Assembly: GCA_038249135.1 (NCBI GenBank)
Contig: JBBRWO010000003.1
Coordinates: 1,860 to 65,859, forward strand
DNA from: Coriobacteriia bacterium
Lineage (GTDB): Bacteria; Actinomycetota; Coriobacteriia; Anaerosomatales; JAAXUF01
Direction of reading: 5' to 3'
Length of the DNA: 64,000 nt
In this document: positions 16,839 to 26,729 of the stretch, piece after piece
How positions within the stretch are numbered: the stretch's first letter is position 1
How the letters are laid out: each line of letters begins with the position of its first letter
Notes under the pieces: model-generated
What the model was told of the DNA's origin: nothing
Database searches by the model: none
The model's input: only the letters and a program-made list of their open reading frames with translations
Made by a program: the position numbers and the translations under genes

Positions 16839-17996
16839 TCACTCTGCTCGGTTCGCCCACGCATGCAGACGGGCGACACCCTCGCGAAGGTTTTCGATAT
16901 CGGTTCCGTAGCTGAACCGCAAGAAGCCCTCGCCGCCGTCACCAAAGTCGATACCCGGAGCACAAGCCACTCCCGCCTCCTCGAGCAGGCGACGGCACAG
17001 TGCCAGCGAATCACTCCCCCACACACGAGCGTCGGCGAACACGTAAAACGCGCCACATGGCTCGCAGTCGATCCTGAGTCCGAGCTCCCGCAACGCAGGA
17101 ACCAGGTACTGGCGTCGCTGATCGTAGATCGCGCGCATCCGCGCAACATCCGGCTTCGCCTCGGTCAGTGCGGCGACAGCCGCGTGCTGCACAAACGCAT
17201 TGGCCGCGAGGAAGAAGTTCTGCTGGATCTTCTCACACGCCCTGACGAACTCCGGAGGTGATATCAGATAGCCGAGACGCCAACCGGTCATCGCGTAGGT
17301 CTTGGAGAAGCCGTTCAGCACGAATGCCCGGTCCGTGTATGACAGAATCGTTCGGTCGGGCCCGCAGAAGTCGAGTCCGTGATAGATCTCGTCACTTGCG
17401 ATGTAGACTCCGGTCTCCTCGGCTATCGAGGCGAGCGCGGCGAGATCACCATCCCCGAGCACCGCCCCGGTCGGGTTGCCCGGTGAGTTGATCATGATGG
17501 CCTTGGTGCGCGGACCGATGGCGGCGCGAATCTCCTCCGGTCGGCAACGAAAGCCGTCGGACGCCCGAGCCGGTACAAGCTTGGGCACGCCGCCGAGGAA
17601 GTTCACGTAGTTGGGATACGCCGGATAGCAGACGTCGGGCATGACGACTTCGTCGCCCGGGTCGAGAAGCGCGCCAAAGAGTAGCAGCATCGCCGGTGAG
17701 GTCCCCTGGGTCACGACGATGTTGTCAGGATCGACGGTGACGTCGTAGTGCTCGGCGTAATGTGCGGTCAACGTAGTGCGCAACAGCGGCAGCCCGAGCG
17801 ACTGCGTGTAGTGAGTGCTCCCATCCGCCATCGCGGTCTCAGCGGCACGCATGATGACATCGGGGGTCGGAAAATCCGGGTCACCGATCTCAAGGCGGAC
17901 GATGCTGCGTCCCTCTGCCTCAAGCTCCTTGGCGCGCGCCACCAGATCCATGACCACGAACGGCCGGATCGCCTGCGCCCTACGAGATACCTCCAT
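16839..17996 (-). CDS. class I/II pyridoxal-phosphate-dependent aminotransferase (aspartate aminotransferase-like)
   Basis: 385 aa. The PLP-lysine motif is NGFSKTYAMTGWRLGY and the substrate Arg is in LRFSY. Confidence 0.9.
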   Translation of the reverse strand: MEVSRRAQAIRPFVVMDLVARAKELEAEGRSIVRLEIGDPDFPTPDVIMRAAETAMADGSTHYTQSLGLPLLRTTLTAHYAEHYDVTVDPDNIVVTQGTSPAMLLLFGALLDPGDEVVMPDVCYPAYPNYVNFLGGVPKLVPARASDGFRCRPEEIRAAIGPRTKAIMINSPGNPTGAVLGDGDLAALASIAEETGVYIASDEIYHGLDFCGPDRTILSYTDRAFVLNGFSKTYAMTGWRLGYLISPPEFVRACEKIQQNFFLAANAFVQHAAVAALTEAKPDVARMRAIYDQRRQYLVPALRELGLRIDCEPCGAFYVFADARVWGSDSLALCRRLLEEAGVACAPGIDFGDGGEGFLRFSYGTDIENLREGVARLHAWANRAE

Positions 17997-18011
17997 TGGG
18001 TGGTGCTCCTC

Positions 18012-19292
18012 TCAGCGGTGAGCGCGGTAGATGGCAGTGGCGGCCTTGCCGAGCGCTTCCAGCCGTCGCAAGTCCGAGAAGGACAGGTCGCGAGTCGCAA
18101 CCACCTCGTGCGGCGGCTGCGCGTCGAACACGAGCCCGAACTCCTCGGCACGCTCCCACAGTTCGGTGCCGGGCAGCACATGCAGGGTCGAGATCTGGAC
18201 GGCTCCGGGGTCCGAGGCAATCGCGAAATCGATGCCGGCGACCACGTCTTCGATCGTGTCCCCTGGCAGCCCGACGATGAGATCGCTCTCGACGCTGATG
18301 CCCGCATCGCGACACGCCTCGACGCCGCTGACAAACGCTCGGGGATCGAACCGACGATGACACGACGCAAGCGCGAGCTCGCCGACACTCTGAGGGCCCG
18401 TCTCAACGCTCACGACGCCCGCTCGGACGAGTTGGGCAGCCTCGGCGGCACCAATGCGCTCGATGTCCACCTCAACGGTATGGAGCCTCACACCGCGCCG
18501 TACGTGGGGCGCAAGTGAGTCCGAAAGCCAGGTGAGCCGCTCAGGGGTCAGATTGAATACGGGGTCGATGAAGGAGAACGTCTTCACCCCTGCCGAGACG
18601 ATAGCGTCGATCTCCGCCGCGATTCGCGTCTCAGAGAAGCGGCGAACACGGCCATAGCCTTTGCCTTCGAAGCAGTAGGAGCAGGAATGGGGGCAACCGC
18701 GGTAGCCTTCGATGTACGTCGAACCCTCGGCCGGCACGAGAACGCCGGTCAGATAGGGCGACGGAATCTCATCGAGGTCGGTGATCAGTCGGCGGTCGGG
18801 TGCGGAGACCACACGACCTTCTCGGCGGGCGGTGACGCCTTCGACACGCGTGATGTCAGCGTTCTTAAGCTGCGCGCTCAACAGTTCTGCGAAGGTGGCT
18901 TCCCCTTCGCCGCGCACGATGGCCGTGACGGCCGGCTGCTCGGCCAGGACCTGCTCCGCGATCGGACCGACCTCGGGACCGCCGAGGACTATGACCGTGC
19001 CGGGCCGGGCGGCGCCGATGAGACGTGCGGCTTCGAACACGGCGCGTGCGTTCCAGCACACCACGGAGAAGGCAACGACATCCGGCTCAAGTGCGAGCGC
19101 ACGATAGGCGATCCACCAGGGGTCGAGATCGGTGTCCAGCTCGAGCGTAGTGAAACCGACGCCGGAGAGCCGCGGATCGTTCTCCGCGTAGGCCCTGACG
19201 TAGCCCAGCGCGAGCGAGCGGTATCCGGGTGACGAGACGCCCACAAGTGCGACCTTGAACCGCACGGGTCGAGGAATCCGGATGCGCGTCAT
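18012..19292 (-). CDS. B12-binding-domain radical SAM enzyme
   Basis: The N-terminal Rossmann-like B12 domain (VALVGVSS...DVVAFSVVCWN...VIVLGGPEV) is followed by the CxxxCxxC cluster GCPHSCSYCFEG. ATG 19292 overlaps the upstream stop as ATGA. Confidence 0.85.
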   Translation of the reverse strand: MTRIRIPRPVRFKVALVGVSSPGYRSLALGYVRAYAENDPRLSGVGFTTLELDTDLDPWWIAYRALALEPDVVAFSVVCWNARAVFEAARLIGAARPGTVIVLGGPEVGPIAEQVLAEQPAVTAIVRGEGEATFAELLSAQLKNADITRVEGVTARREGRVVSAPDRRLITDLDEIPSPYLTGVLVPAEGSTYIEGYRGCPHSCSYCFEGKGYGRVRRFSETRIAAEIDAIVSAGVKTFSFIDPVFNLTPERLTWLSDSLAPHVRRGVRLHTVEVDIERIGAAEAAQLVRAGVVSVETGPQSVGELALASCHRRFDPRAFVSGVEACRDAGISVESDLIVGLPGDTIEDVVAGIDFAIASDPGAVQISTLHVLPGTELWERAEEFGLVFDAQPPHEVVATRDLSFSDLRRLEALGKAATAIYRAHR

Positions 19293-20014
19293 GAGGCGTC
19301 CACCGAAAGCGAGAACGGCGCGACCGCATGTAGGTGCGACCGAGGAGTTCTTGCGGGATCGACGCCTGTCACGGATACCCACACGCCGTTGACCAACCCG
19401 GTGTCGATGGCCGCAGAGACCCAGTCTTCAAACCCCGGAGTGCCGGCAGTCGCAGGCGACGCGGCGATCTCTACCGCAAGCGCGCCTGCACGCGTGAGCG
19501 CCATGACCGTCGCGGGGAGTTCCGGGAGATTGTGGCTGCACGCAGGCACGATGCCGGTGAACGCAACGGCAGCACGCGATGTCCGCGCCGCGGCGAGAAA
19601 GCTCGCGAGACCCGACTCTGCCGCGTCGAACAGCCCGGGGCGGGACGCAAGCGCGTCGTGCGCCTCGGCGGTGCCCGCTAAACGAACTACTTGGAGATGC
19701 CTTACGCCCGCAGCGAGGACTCCCTCGGCGTTGCCGGGAATCGAGAGCGCTCCGGCGTCGGTTCGAAGGCCGATGCGCTCGATGCCGGCGGCAGCAGCGT
19801 TCGCCGCGATGGCAGGAAGCTCCGGATGCGAGAACGGTTCCGGACCGGTGAACAACACATTGGGACCGGGCCCGCCTGACCAGGCGTCCACAGCATCACT
19901 GACGACACCGCGAATGACCTCGGCCGAGAAGAACTCGCGCTCGGTCTGGGCAGCGCATCGCACACACGCGCATGCAGAACCACGCCCCAGGGGAATCTCA
20001 ACAAAACGAATCAC
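19289..20014 (-). CDS. hypothetical protein, radical-SAM-like fold with non-canonical Cys triad
   Basis: 241 aa. The N-terminal GSACACVRC is CxCxxC rather than CxxxCxxC, followed by LFTGPEPFSHPELP (GGEP-like) and alternating beta/alpha-like segments. GTG start with a GAGAGGAG RBS. No motif gives a firm family assignment. Confidence 0.45.
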   Translation of the reverse strand: MIRFVEIPLGRGSACACVRCAAQTEREFFSAEVIRGVVSDAVDAWSGGPGPNVLFTGPEPFSHPELPAIAANAAAAGIERIGLRTDAGALSIPGNAEGVLAAGVRHLQVVRLAGTAEAHDALASRPGLFDAAESGLASFLAAARTSRAAVAFTGIVPACSHNLPELPATVMALTRAGALAVEIAASPATAGTPGFEDWVSAAIDTGLVNGVWVSVTGVDPARTPRSHLHAVAPFSLSVDAS

Positions 20015-20065
20015 GCGATGCTCCTCTCCGAAGTCAGTTTAGCGCAGCGCGACCTCGAGAAGCGC

Positions 20066-20097
20066 GAGAGGCCCTCCCGTTACCGGAAGGGCCTCTC
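20066..20097 (-). terminator. hairpin downstream of tRNA-Leu
   Basis: GAGAGGCCCT...AGGGCCTCTC is a 10-bp GC-rich stem 12 nt past the tRNA 3' end. No clear U-tract follows. Confidence 0.4.
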
Positions 20098-20108
20098 GGA
20101 AGTGACTT

Positions 20109-20194
20109 TGGTGTCGAAGGAGGGATTTGAACCCTCACGAGGTTGCCCTCACTAGGCCCTCAACCTAGCGCGTCTGCCGTTCCGCCACTTCGAC
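20109..20194 (-). tRNA. tRNA-Leu (anticodon GAG), 86 nt with long variable arm and encoded CCA
   Basis: Manual cloverleaf: acceptor GTCGAAG/CTTCGAC, 3-bp D stem, anticodon stem CTAGG/CCTAG with loop TTGAGGG. The variable arm is GAGG-GCAA-CCTC, the T arm GAGGG-TTCAAAT-CCCTC, followed by A-CCA. Confidence 0.9.
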
Positions 20195-20251
20195 GTGGTC
20201 TATCCCGCAAGGGACAGCGAGAGAGAGTATAACAACCCGTTCTGCGCTCGG

Positions 20252-21343
20252 CTACCCCTTGTTTTCCGCGACGTGGGGAGCGATGACACTGCCCTTGGGC
20301 AACCCGCCCAACGCGGCCTTCACCGCCGCTTCGCTGACGATCGGCTTCATCTCGATATCGATCGGGAACGGCTTGGCGAAATGGCACGCCGCCGAGTGTC
20401 CGGGCTCGATCTCCTTGAGCTCCGGGCACTGCTCGGCACAGATCGGGAACTGTGCGATCGGGCAGCGTGTGTGGAAGCGGCAGCCGGTCGGCGGATCGAT
20501 CGGGCTGGGAGGATCGCCGGGCAGCAGGATGCGCTGACGTGTGCGCTGGACCCTGGGGTCCGGAACCGGCACCGCTGACAGCAGGGACTGCGTATAGGGG
20601 TGGCTCGGCTCGCTGTACAGCATCTTCCAGTCCGCGATCTCGACGATCTTGCCCAAATACATGACAGCAACACGATCAGAGATGTGCTGAACGACCGAGA
20701 GGTCATGAGCGATGAAGACGTACGTGAGATTGAACTCCGCCTGCAGGCGCACGAGGAGGTTCAGCACCTGGGCCTGAATCGAGACGTCGAGCGCCGACAC
20801 GGGCTCATCAGCGATGATCAGCTTGGGCTTGAGCGCGAGCGCACGCGCTATGCCGATGCGCTGACGCTGTCCGCCCGAGAACTCGTGCGGATAGCGGTGT
20901 ATGTGCTCGGGATTCAGGCCGACGACCTCAAGCAGGTTCTTGACCTCGGCCTCACGAGCGGCCCCGGTGCCAATGTTGTGAATCACCAACGGCTCCGAGA
21001 CGATCTCACCGATGGTCATGCGCGGGTTGAGACTCGCGTACGGGTCTTGGAAGATGATCTGCACGTCACGGCGATATGCCTGCAGGTCGCGTCCCTTGAG
21101 AGACAACGCATCGCGACCGTCGAAGACGACCGATCCCGAGGTGGGTTCGATGAGACGAATGAGGCAGCGGCCCATTGTCGACTTGCCGCAGCCCGACTCT
21201 CCTACCACGCCGAGCGTTTCGCCGCTATTCACAGAGAATGAGATGTCCGCAACTGCGGAGACCTTCTTTCCGCCGCGAGAGAACACGCCCTGCTGAACCG
21301 GGAACTCCTTGGTGAGGTTCTCTACTCTGAGAAGCTCGCTCAT
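20252..21343 (-). CDS. peptide ABC transporter ATP-binding protein (OppF/DppF-type)
   Basis: Walker [10 protein letters not shown], signature FSGGQRQRI, Walker B LIIADEP and a C-terminal oligopeptide-type extension with Cys residues. ATG 21343 overlaps the upstream stop (ATGA). Confidence 0.9.
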   Translation of the reverse strand: MSELLRVENLTKEFPVQQGVFSRGGKKVSAVADISFSVNSGETLGVVGESGCGKSTMGRCLIRLIEPTSGSVVFDGRDALSLKGRDLQAYRRDVQIIFQDPYASLNPRMTIGEIVSEPLVIHNIGTGAAREAEVKNLLEVVGLNPEHIHRYPHEFSGGQRQRIGIARALALKPKLIIADEPVSALDVSIQAQVLNLLVRLQAEFNLTYVFIAHDLSVVQHISDRVAVMYLGKIVEIADWKMLYSEPSHPYTQSLLSAVPVPDPRVQRTRQRILLPGDPPSPIDPPTGCRFHTRCPIAQFPICAEQCPELKEIEPGHSAACHFAKPFPIDIEMKPIVSEAAVKAALGGLPKGSVIAPHVAENKG

Positions 21344-22362
21344 TGCGCGTTCACCCCCGCACAAGCCATTTCATTTCGCGTGAATCCGGGATCACCGGCG
21401 AAGTGACACGCGGCGACGTGGGAACCCTCGATGGGCCGCGATGCGGGAACCTCGACACGACACCGCTCCTTCGCGTACGGGCAGCGGGGGTGGAACGAGC
21501 ATCCATTCGGTACCTGAATCAGACTGGGTGGCTGACCCTTGATTGGGCATAGCTCGCCCTTCTCGGTCATGTCGTGACGAGGCAGTGAGTCAATCAGCCC
21601 CCACGTGTACGGGTGGCTCGGCTTGTAGAACACCTCGTCGACAGTGCCGTACTCGATGGCTTTGCCGGCATACATGACCAAGATGCGGTCGGCCATGTCG
21701 GCGACCACGCCCAGATCGTGAGTGATCATGATGATTGCGCTGCCGGTCCGCTGCTGCAACTCCTGCATCAGCTCGAGAATCTGCGCCTGAATCGTGACGT
21801 CGAGAGCCGTCGTGGGCTCATCGGCGATGAGGATGTCGGGATCACAGGCGAGCGCCATGGCAATCATGACGCGCTGGCGCATGCCGCCCGAGAACTGGTG
21901 TGGGTAGTCCTTCACGCGTGACTCGGGGTGCGGAATGCCGACCATCTCAAGAAGCTCCGTCGCACGATTCCATGCGTCGGACTTGCTAAGTTTCTTGTGG
22001 AGCATCAGCGGCTCTGCGAGTTGGTGCCCCACGCGGTACACGGGATTAAGCGATGTCATCGGGTCTTGGAAGATCATCGCGATACGGTTGCCGCGAATCG
22101 CGCGCATCTTGTCCTCCGACAGGGTGAGGAGCGATTCGCCGTTGAAGCGGACATCGCCGCCCTCGACCTTACCCGGAGGCATCGGAATCAGGCGCATCAT
22201 AGTCATCGCGGTGACCGACTTGCCGGAGCCCGATTCCCCTACTACACCAATCGTCTCCCCCTTGTTCAGGGTGTAGGAGACACCGTCAACGGCCTTGACG
22301 ACTCCGTCACGGGTATGGAAGTACATCTTGAGGTCTTCAACGACCAGGAGGTCAGTGGCCAT
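21340..22362 (-). CDS. peptide ABC transporter ATP-binding protein (OppD/DppD-type)
   Basis: Walker A GESGSGKS, signature FSGGMRQRV and Walker [13 protein letters not shown]. Confidence 0.9.
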   Translation of the reverse strand: MATDLLVVEDLKMYFHTRDGVVKAVDGVSYTLNKGETIGVVGESGSGKSVTAMTMMRLIPMPPGKVEGGDVRFNGESLLTLSEDKMRAIRGNRIAMIFQDPMTSLNPVYRVGHQLAEPLMLHKKLSKSDAWNRATELLEMVGIPHPESRVKDYPHQFSGGMRQRVMIAMALACDPDILIADEPTTALDVTIQAQILELMQELQQRTGSAIIMITHDLGVVADMADRILVMYAGKAIEYGTVDEVFYKPSHPYTWGLIDSLPRHDMTEKGELCPIKGQPPSLIQVPNGCSFHPRCPYAKERCRVEVPASRPIEGSHVAACHFAGDPGFTRNEMACAGVNAQ

Positions 22363-22364
22363 AC

Positions 22365-23339
22365 CTAATCCTTCATCTTAACGTCGAGGGCATCGCGCAG
22401 GCCGTCACCAAGCAGCACGAACGCCAGCACGGTGGTGAGGATTGCGAAGCCCGGCCACAGCATCAGCCAGGGCGCGGTCGTCATGAATTTGGTGGATGCG
22501 TTGATCATGTAGCCCCACGAGGGAGTCGGAGGCTGGATTCCCATTCCTAGGAAGCTGAGTGCCGCCTCTGTCAGGATGGCACCGCCGATCGACATGGTTC
22601 CGTAGACGATGATCGGCGCAACGGAGTTCGGCATGATGTGCCTGGACATGATGCGCACGTCACTCGCACCCAGTGCCCGAGCAGCCTGAACGTAGTCCTG
22701 GGACTTCACGGAAAATATCGAACTACGAAAGACTCGCGCGATACTCGGCCAGCCGAGAACGCCGATTGCGATGAAGACGTTGATGAACCCGGGACCCAGA
22801 ATGGCAACCAAGGCGATTGCGAATAGCGTGTAGGGGAAGGCGAAGAACACATCCGCCGTTCGCATGATCAGCGTGTCCGTGAACCCGCCGTAGTACCCGC
22901 CCAAAGCGCCGAGCACCAGCCCGATCACGATGGAGATCGCAGTCGCGATCAGACCAACGGCCAGCGAGAAGCGGGCGCCATATACGACGCGAGCGAACAC
23001 GTCGCGCCCCAAGTCGTCGGTTCCGAACGGATGCGCCAGCTGCGGTGGCAGCAGTCGATCCACTGTGAGCGTTTGCGTATTGATGGTAATCGGATCGCCA
23101 AAGCGCTGAGGTACCCAGAGATCTGCGCTGATTGCCGCAATCACCATGATGATGATCCAGATGATCGCCGCAATGGCGAGACGGTTCTTACGCAGCCTAT
23201 GCCACGCGTCACCAAGTAGGGTGCGGCTTGGGCTTGCCGACAATGCGTCGTATGCAGTATCCGCAGCAGCTGTCGCCTCGGCGGTTTTGCGATCCTGTTC
23301 CTGCTGCATCTGAGGAGAATCCTTCTTCATGTCGGTCAC
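22365..23339 (-). CDS. peptide ABC transporter permease (OppC/DppC-type)
   Basis: Six-TM BPD_transp_1 permease with the EAA-like loop YVQAARALGASDVRIMSRHIMPN. Confidence 0.9.
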   Translation of the reverse strand: MTDMKKDSPQMQQEQDRKTAEATAAADTAYDALSASPSRTLLGDAWHRLRKNRLAIAAIIWIIIMVIAAISADLWVPQRFGDPITINTQTLTVDRLLPPQLAHPFGTDDLGRDVFARVVYGARFSLAVGLIATAISIVIGLVLGALGGYYGGFTDTLIMRTADVFFAFPYTLFAIALVAILGPGFINVFIAIGVLGWPSIARVFRSSIFSVKSQDYVQAARALGASDVRIMSRHIMPNSVAPIIVYGTMSIGGAILTEAALSFLGMGIQPPTPSWGYMINASTKFMTTAPWLMLWPGFAILTTVLAFVLLGDGLRDALDVKMKD

Positions 23340-24316
23340 GCCTCCTCACCCCCGCCGTAACGAATGCGCGGATCGAAGAATGCGTAGCTGATATCGACGA
23401 GCAGGTTGATGATCATGACGACCACCACGATGATCACGACGCCGCCCATAACGACAGGCCAGTCTCGGCGAACGACTGCGTTGTAGATCTCATTGCCGAC
23501 GCCCGGCCAGTTGAAGACCGTCTCGGTGAGGATGGCACCGGACATCATGGCGCCGAAGTCGATGCCGATGAACGTGATGACGGGAATCATCGCGTTCTTG
23601 ACAGCGTGGCGCCACAGGACCGCGTTGGCGGACAGGCCCTTGGCGGTGGCGGTTCGGATGTAGTCCTGGCTCATGACCTCAAGCAGCTGACTTCGCATGA
23701 TGCGCGCGGCGTACGCCGTGGAAACCGACGCGAGTGTGATAGCCGGCAAGATCAGATACACCCAATGCGGGAACGGCGCACCCGGCCCACCCGCGCCTGA
23801 CATAGGCAAGTAGAAGGCGTCAGTGGTCCAGTCCTTCAAGTAGATGCCGAAGAACATCTGGAAAAGCGTGCCGAGCCAGAACACGGGCAGCGACACGAGA
23901 ATTGACGTAGAGAGCGTGACCAACACATCGGCGAAACTGTAGCGTTTGACCGCCGATATCATGCCGGCCCCGATACCGAAGATGATCTCGATGATGATCG
24001 CAGCGAGAGCGAGCTGCATCGTGTAGGGAAACTTGTCGAGCAACATGTCCTTTACGGGACGACCGCGCATGAGCGACTGACCCAGGTCACCGTGTGCGAG
24101 ACGGTTCACGTACATCCCGTACTGCACGATGAGTGGCTTGTCGAAGCCATACTCGGCGCGAATCTGGTTGTAGACCGCAGGAGATATCTCGCGTTCTCCG
24201 GTGATCATCTTGACGGGATCGCCCGGCACTACCGCTGTCATGAGGAAGAGCAGCACCGTGACCCCGATGAAGACCGGAACCATCTGTAAGATGCGGCGTC
24301 CAATGTACTTGAGCAT
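23336..24316 (-). CDS. peptide ABC transporter permease (OppB/DppB-type)
   Basis: N-terminal MLKYIGRRILQMVPV and the EAA loop DYIRTATAKGLSANAVLWRHAVKNA. Confidence 0.9.
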   Translation of the reverse strand: MLKYIGRRILQMVPVFIGVTVLLFLMTAVVPGDPVKMITGEREISPAVYNQIRAEYGFDKPLIVQYGMYVNRLAHGDLGQSLMRGRPVKDMLLDKFPYTMQLALAAIIIEIIFGIGAGMISAVKRYSFADVLVTLSTSILVSLPVFWLGTLFQMFFGIYLKDWTTDAFYLPMSGAGGPGAPFPHWVYLILPAITLASVSTAYAARIMRSQLLEVMSQDYIRTATAKGLSANAVLWRHAVKNAMIPVITFIGIDFGAMMSGAILTETVFNWPGVGNEIYNAVVRRDWPVVMGGVVIIVVVVMIINLLVDISYAFFDPRIRYGGGEEA

Positions 24317-24362
24317 GAATGATCCTGGTTCTAGGAAGGGACTAGTCCGAGATACAAACCGT

Positions 24363-24402
24363 CCGGCAGGACGCCCACCACGTTGGGCGGACGCCCTGCC
24401 GG
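24363..24402 (-). terminator. intercistronic stem-loop between the binding-protein gene and the permease genes
   Basis: The outer stem is CCGGCAGG...CCTGCCGG (8 bp) and the inner stem GCCCA/TGGGC. It is flanked by AAA and TTTTT and lies 32 nt past the SBP stop. This is the classic position for a partial terminator or mRNA stabiliser in opp-type operons. Confidence 0.5.
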
Positions 24403-24433
24403 TTTTTCGGTCGCTATCCTCGGTGCGAGTGCT

Positions 24434-26128
24434 TTACTTCGCAGCGCCGTCGGTGACCCAGCACTTATCCAGTGCTGCGAGACCCATCGGGCTGTAGTAC
24501 AGGTTGCTCACGCGAGCGGCACCCACGTGGCGATGTGCGTAGTACATCATCGGCACAACCGGGTTGGTTGCCTGAACCGTGGCATCGATCGCCTGGTATG
24601 CGGCGATGCGCTTGGCCTCGTCACCCTCCTGACGTGCAGCGACAAGTGCAGCGTCGACTGCGGGATCCACGAAGGCCGATTTGTTGTCGCCGGACTTGGA
24701 ATCGAAGATCGGATACAGGAAGTTGTCGAAGATCGGGTAGTCAGCGATCCAGCCAAGACGGCCGATCGAGAACTTGCCCTCGTCGAGCTGCTTCAGATAC
24801 TGCGCCCACTCGGCGCCCTGGAGCTTGCTCTTGATGCCGACCTTCGCGAGGTCGGCCTGGACGAGCTGCATGATGTCCTCGTGGCCGGAGCCCGAGTTGA
24901 AGGACAGCGTCAGCTCGGGAAGACCCTTGCCCTCGGGGAAGCCAGCGGCGGCAAGTGCGGCCTTGGCACCCTCGACGTCATAGCGGGCGTCCTTCCACGT
25001 GCCGTCTTCGTAGCCGACGACACCAGGAGGAACGATGTTGGTAGCGGGCTTGCGAGTGCCCTCGAAGATCGAGTCACAGATGGCCTGGCGGTTGATCGCG
25101 AGGTTGATCGCCTTGCGAACGTCCGGGTTGGCGAGCGACTTATCCTTGTTGTTCAGAACGATGTAGTAGACGGCGGTCTCAGCACCGAGCAAAACCTGCT
25201 TGCCGGAATTGACGGTGTAGCCGTCGGGGGCCTCGCCAAACTGCTCGACTGTGGCCTTGACCTGGCCGCTGGGGATCGAGGTGAAGTCGACGGTCCCGGC
25301 CTGGAACTCACGGAACGCGGTCTCCTCGTCCTTGAAGATCGAGAAGTTCACGGCGTCGAGGTTGGCCTTCTCGCCGTAGTAGTCCTCGTTGCGGGCGACC
25401 TTGATGTACTGGTCGTGCTTCCACGGCTCAGTCATCTTGAACGGGCCGTTACCCACAGGCATCTCAGCGAAAGCGACATTCTCGCCGTTCATGTCGACGC
25501 CCTTGGCTACCGCGTCTGCGGGAACCGGAGCGAGCGCGGGGTGCGCTGCGACATACGGGAAGTCAGCGAACGGCGCATCCAGCGTGACCTCGAACGTGAG
25601 GTCGTCGACGGCCTTGACGCCGGCGAGCGTGGTTGCCTTGCCGTCCTGCAGGTCGGCGTAGCCCTTGACCGCAGCCAAGTGGTAGCTGATGACCGACGGA
25701 TCCTTCGGATTCGTCTTAGGATCGGAGATGCGAGTCCATGCGAACACGAAGGACTCAGCGGTGACAGGCGTGCCGTCGTGGAACTTGGCGCCCGGGACCA
25801 GCTTGAAGGTGAAGACGGAGTTGTCGGCGTTCGCAGTCCAAGACTCTGCTGCGGCAGGTACGACGGTGTTCGTCTTGGTGTCCACGGTCGTCAGGCTGTC
25901 GAACAGCATCTGCTCGACGTTGGTGCCCTCAGACTCCTGAGTGTTGTACGGATCGATGTAAGCGGGCTCGTTGATGTAGTAGTTGAGCGTCCCGCCCTTG
26001 ACTGCCTTGGCTTCAGCCGGCTTGTCGGTCGTTCCTGTGGTCTTGGGCGAACATCCGCTCGCAGCCACTGAAACAGCCAGGCCAAGCACAAGCATCAGTG
26101 CGAGAGCCTTGCGTGATTTACTATGCAA
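24434..26128 (-). CDS. ABC transporter substrate-binding lipoprotein, family 5 (OppA/DppA-type peptide/nickel binding)
   Basis: Start moved to TTG 26128 (GAGAGGAGG RBS 6 nt upstream). This gives HSKSRKALALMLVLGLAVSVAASGC, a lipoprotein signal peptide with a lipobox. The body has the SBP_bac_5 pattern. Confidence 0.88.
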   Translation of the reverse strand: MHSKSRKALALMLVLGLAVSVAASGCSPKTTGTTDKPAEAKAVKGGTLNYYINEPAYIDPYNTQESEGTNVEQMLFDSLTTVDTKTNTVVPAAAESWTANADNSVFTFKLVPGAKFHDGTPVTAESFVFAWTRISDPKTNPKDPSVISYHLAAVKGYADLQDGKATTLAGVKAVDDLTFEVTLDAPFADFPYVAAHPALAPVPADAVAKGVDMNGENVAFAEMPVGNGPFKMTEPWKHDQYIKVARNEDYYGEKANLDAVNFSIFKDEETAFREFQAGTVDFTSIPSGQVKATVEQFGEAPDGYTVNSGKQVLLGAETAVYYIVLNNKDKSLANPDVRKAINLAINRQAICDSIFEGTRKPATNIVPPGVVGYEDGTWKDARYDVEGAKAALAAAGFPEGKGLPELTLSFNSGSGHEDIMQLVQADLAKVGIKSKLQGAEWAQYLKQLDEGKFSIGRLGWIADYPIFDNFLYPIFDSKSGDNKSAFVDPAVDAALVAARQEGDEAKRIAAYQAIDATVQATNPVVPMMYYAHRHVGAARVSNLYYSPMGLAALDKCWVTDGAAK

Positions 26129-26206
26129 CTGTTGCCTCCTCTCACCGAAAAACGGTGTGTTTCGGTCGCCGAGACAGCCGTTCTTGTGGCGGCTCGGTCG
26201 ACCCCC

Positions 26207-26222
26207 TGCCCTGTGTGTGCCG
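26207..26222 (-). promoter_or_regulatory. weak sigma-54-like -24/-12 candidate upstream of the peptide transporter operon
   Basis: The minus strand reads CGGCACACACAGGGCA. GGCAC and the GG-N10-GC spacing are correct, but the -12 box is GGGCA rather than TTGCA. It is about 80 nt upstream of TTG 26128. Confidence 0.25.
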
Positions 26223-26427
26223 CACACCGCCCGGGTATGGCGCGCGGAACACACATGAGTGTCCCGCTTCACGAATAGAATGGCAAGCGATATCACCCAG
26301 CTGACCAGCGCAAATCTGCATGATATTCAGCTCGAAATGCATAACGCCGCGCCCTTTACGGCGCTAACCGTGAATAGGACGCGGCGTAAGTTCGCCGTAA
26401 ACCGATACGCGAAACGGTGAAATGGGG

Positions 26428-26673
26428 CTAGATGGCTTTGGGATAGACCACCATGAGCACGAGCAAACTGACACCGAAAGCGATAGCAAACCCGATTGTG
26501 ATGCGGTCAAGGTTGCGCTCGATGATGCTCGTGCCACTCGAAGTCGGGTTGAGGCTACCGCTGAGCATGTCAGAAAGTCCGGTGCCCTTGCCTGAGTGCA
26601 GCAGCACGAAGACGATGAGCCCGACCGACGAGACAGCCCACACCAGCAGGGCGAGAACGAGTAGCGGATTCAC
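26428..26673 (-). CDS. secG: preprotein translocase subunit SecG
   Basis: Two TM helices flank the SecG signature LLHSGKGTGLSDMLSG. GTG 26673 has an AAGGAG RBS 6 nt upstream, while the longer track ORF overlaps gpmI. Confidence 0.8.
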   Translation of the reverse strand: MNPLLVLALLVWAVSSVGLIVFVLLHSGKGTGLSDMLSGSLNPTSSGTSIIERNLDRITIGFAIAFGVSLLVLMVVYPKAI

Positions 26674-26729
26674 GTGATGCTCCTTGTGTCTAAGCAGGCA
26701 ACGGACGGCGGTTTGCCGAGCGCGGTGAA

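Noticed and set aside
20015-20251. tRNA-Leu as an integration site for a genomic island covering the radical SAM / metal / sigma-54 genes
   Set aside because: There is no integrase, no phage or mobility gene, and I could not find a direct repeat of the tRNA 3' end in the window. GC content to the left of the tRNA looks like the rest of the window.
24383-26071. 562-aa ORF on the plus strand
   Set aside because: It is antisense to the family-5 substrate-binding protein gene, whose translation has clear SBP features and a lipoprotein signal. The plus-strand product is low-complexity (Arg/Gly/Val/Asp-rich) and typical of shadow ORFs in high-GC DNA.
26129-26296. N-terminal 56 codons of track ORF 24434..26296 (binding protein)
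   Set aside because: The extension has no signal-peptide character. TTG 26128, preceded by GAGAGGAGG, yields a canonical lipoprotein signal peptide.
26338-26354. GGCGCG-N-ATGCA sigma-54-like element upstream of the peptide transporter operon
   Set aside because: The GG to GC spacing is one nucleotide too long, and the sequence forms part of the stem-loop that follows secG.
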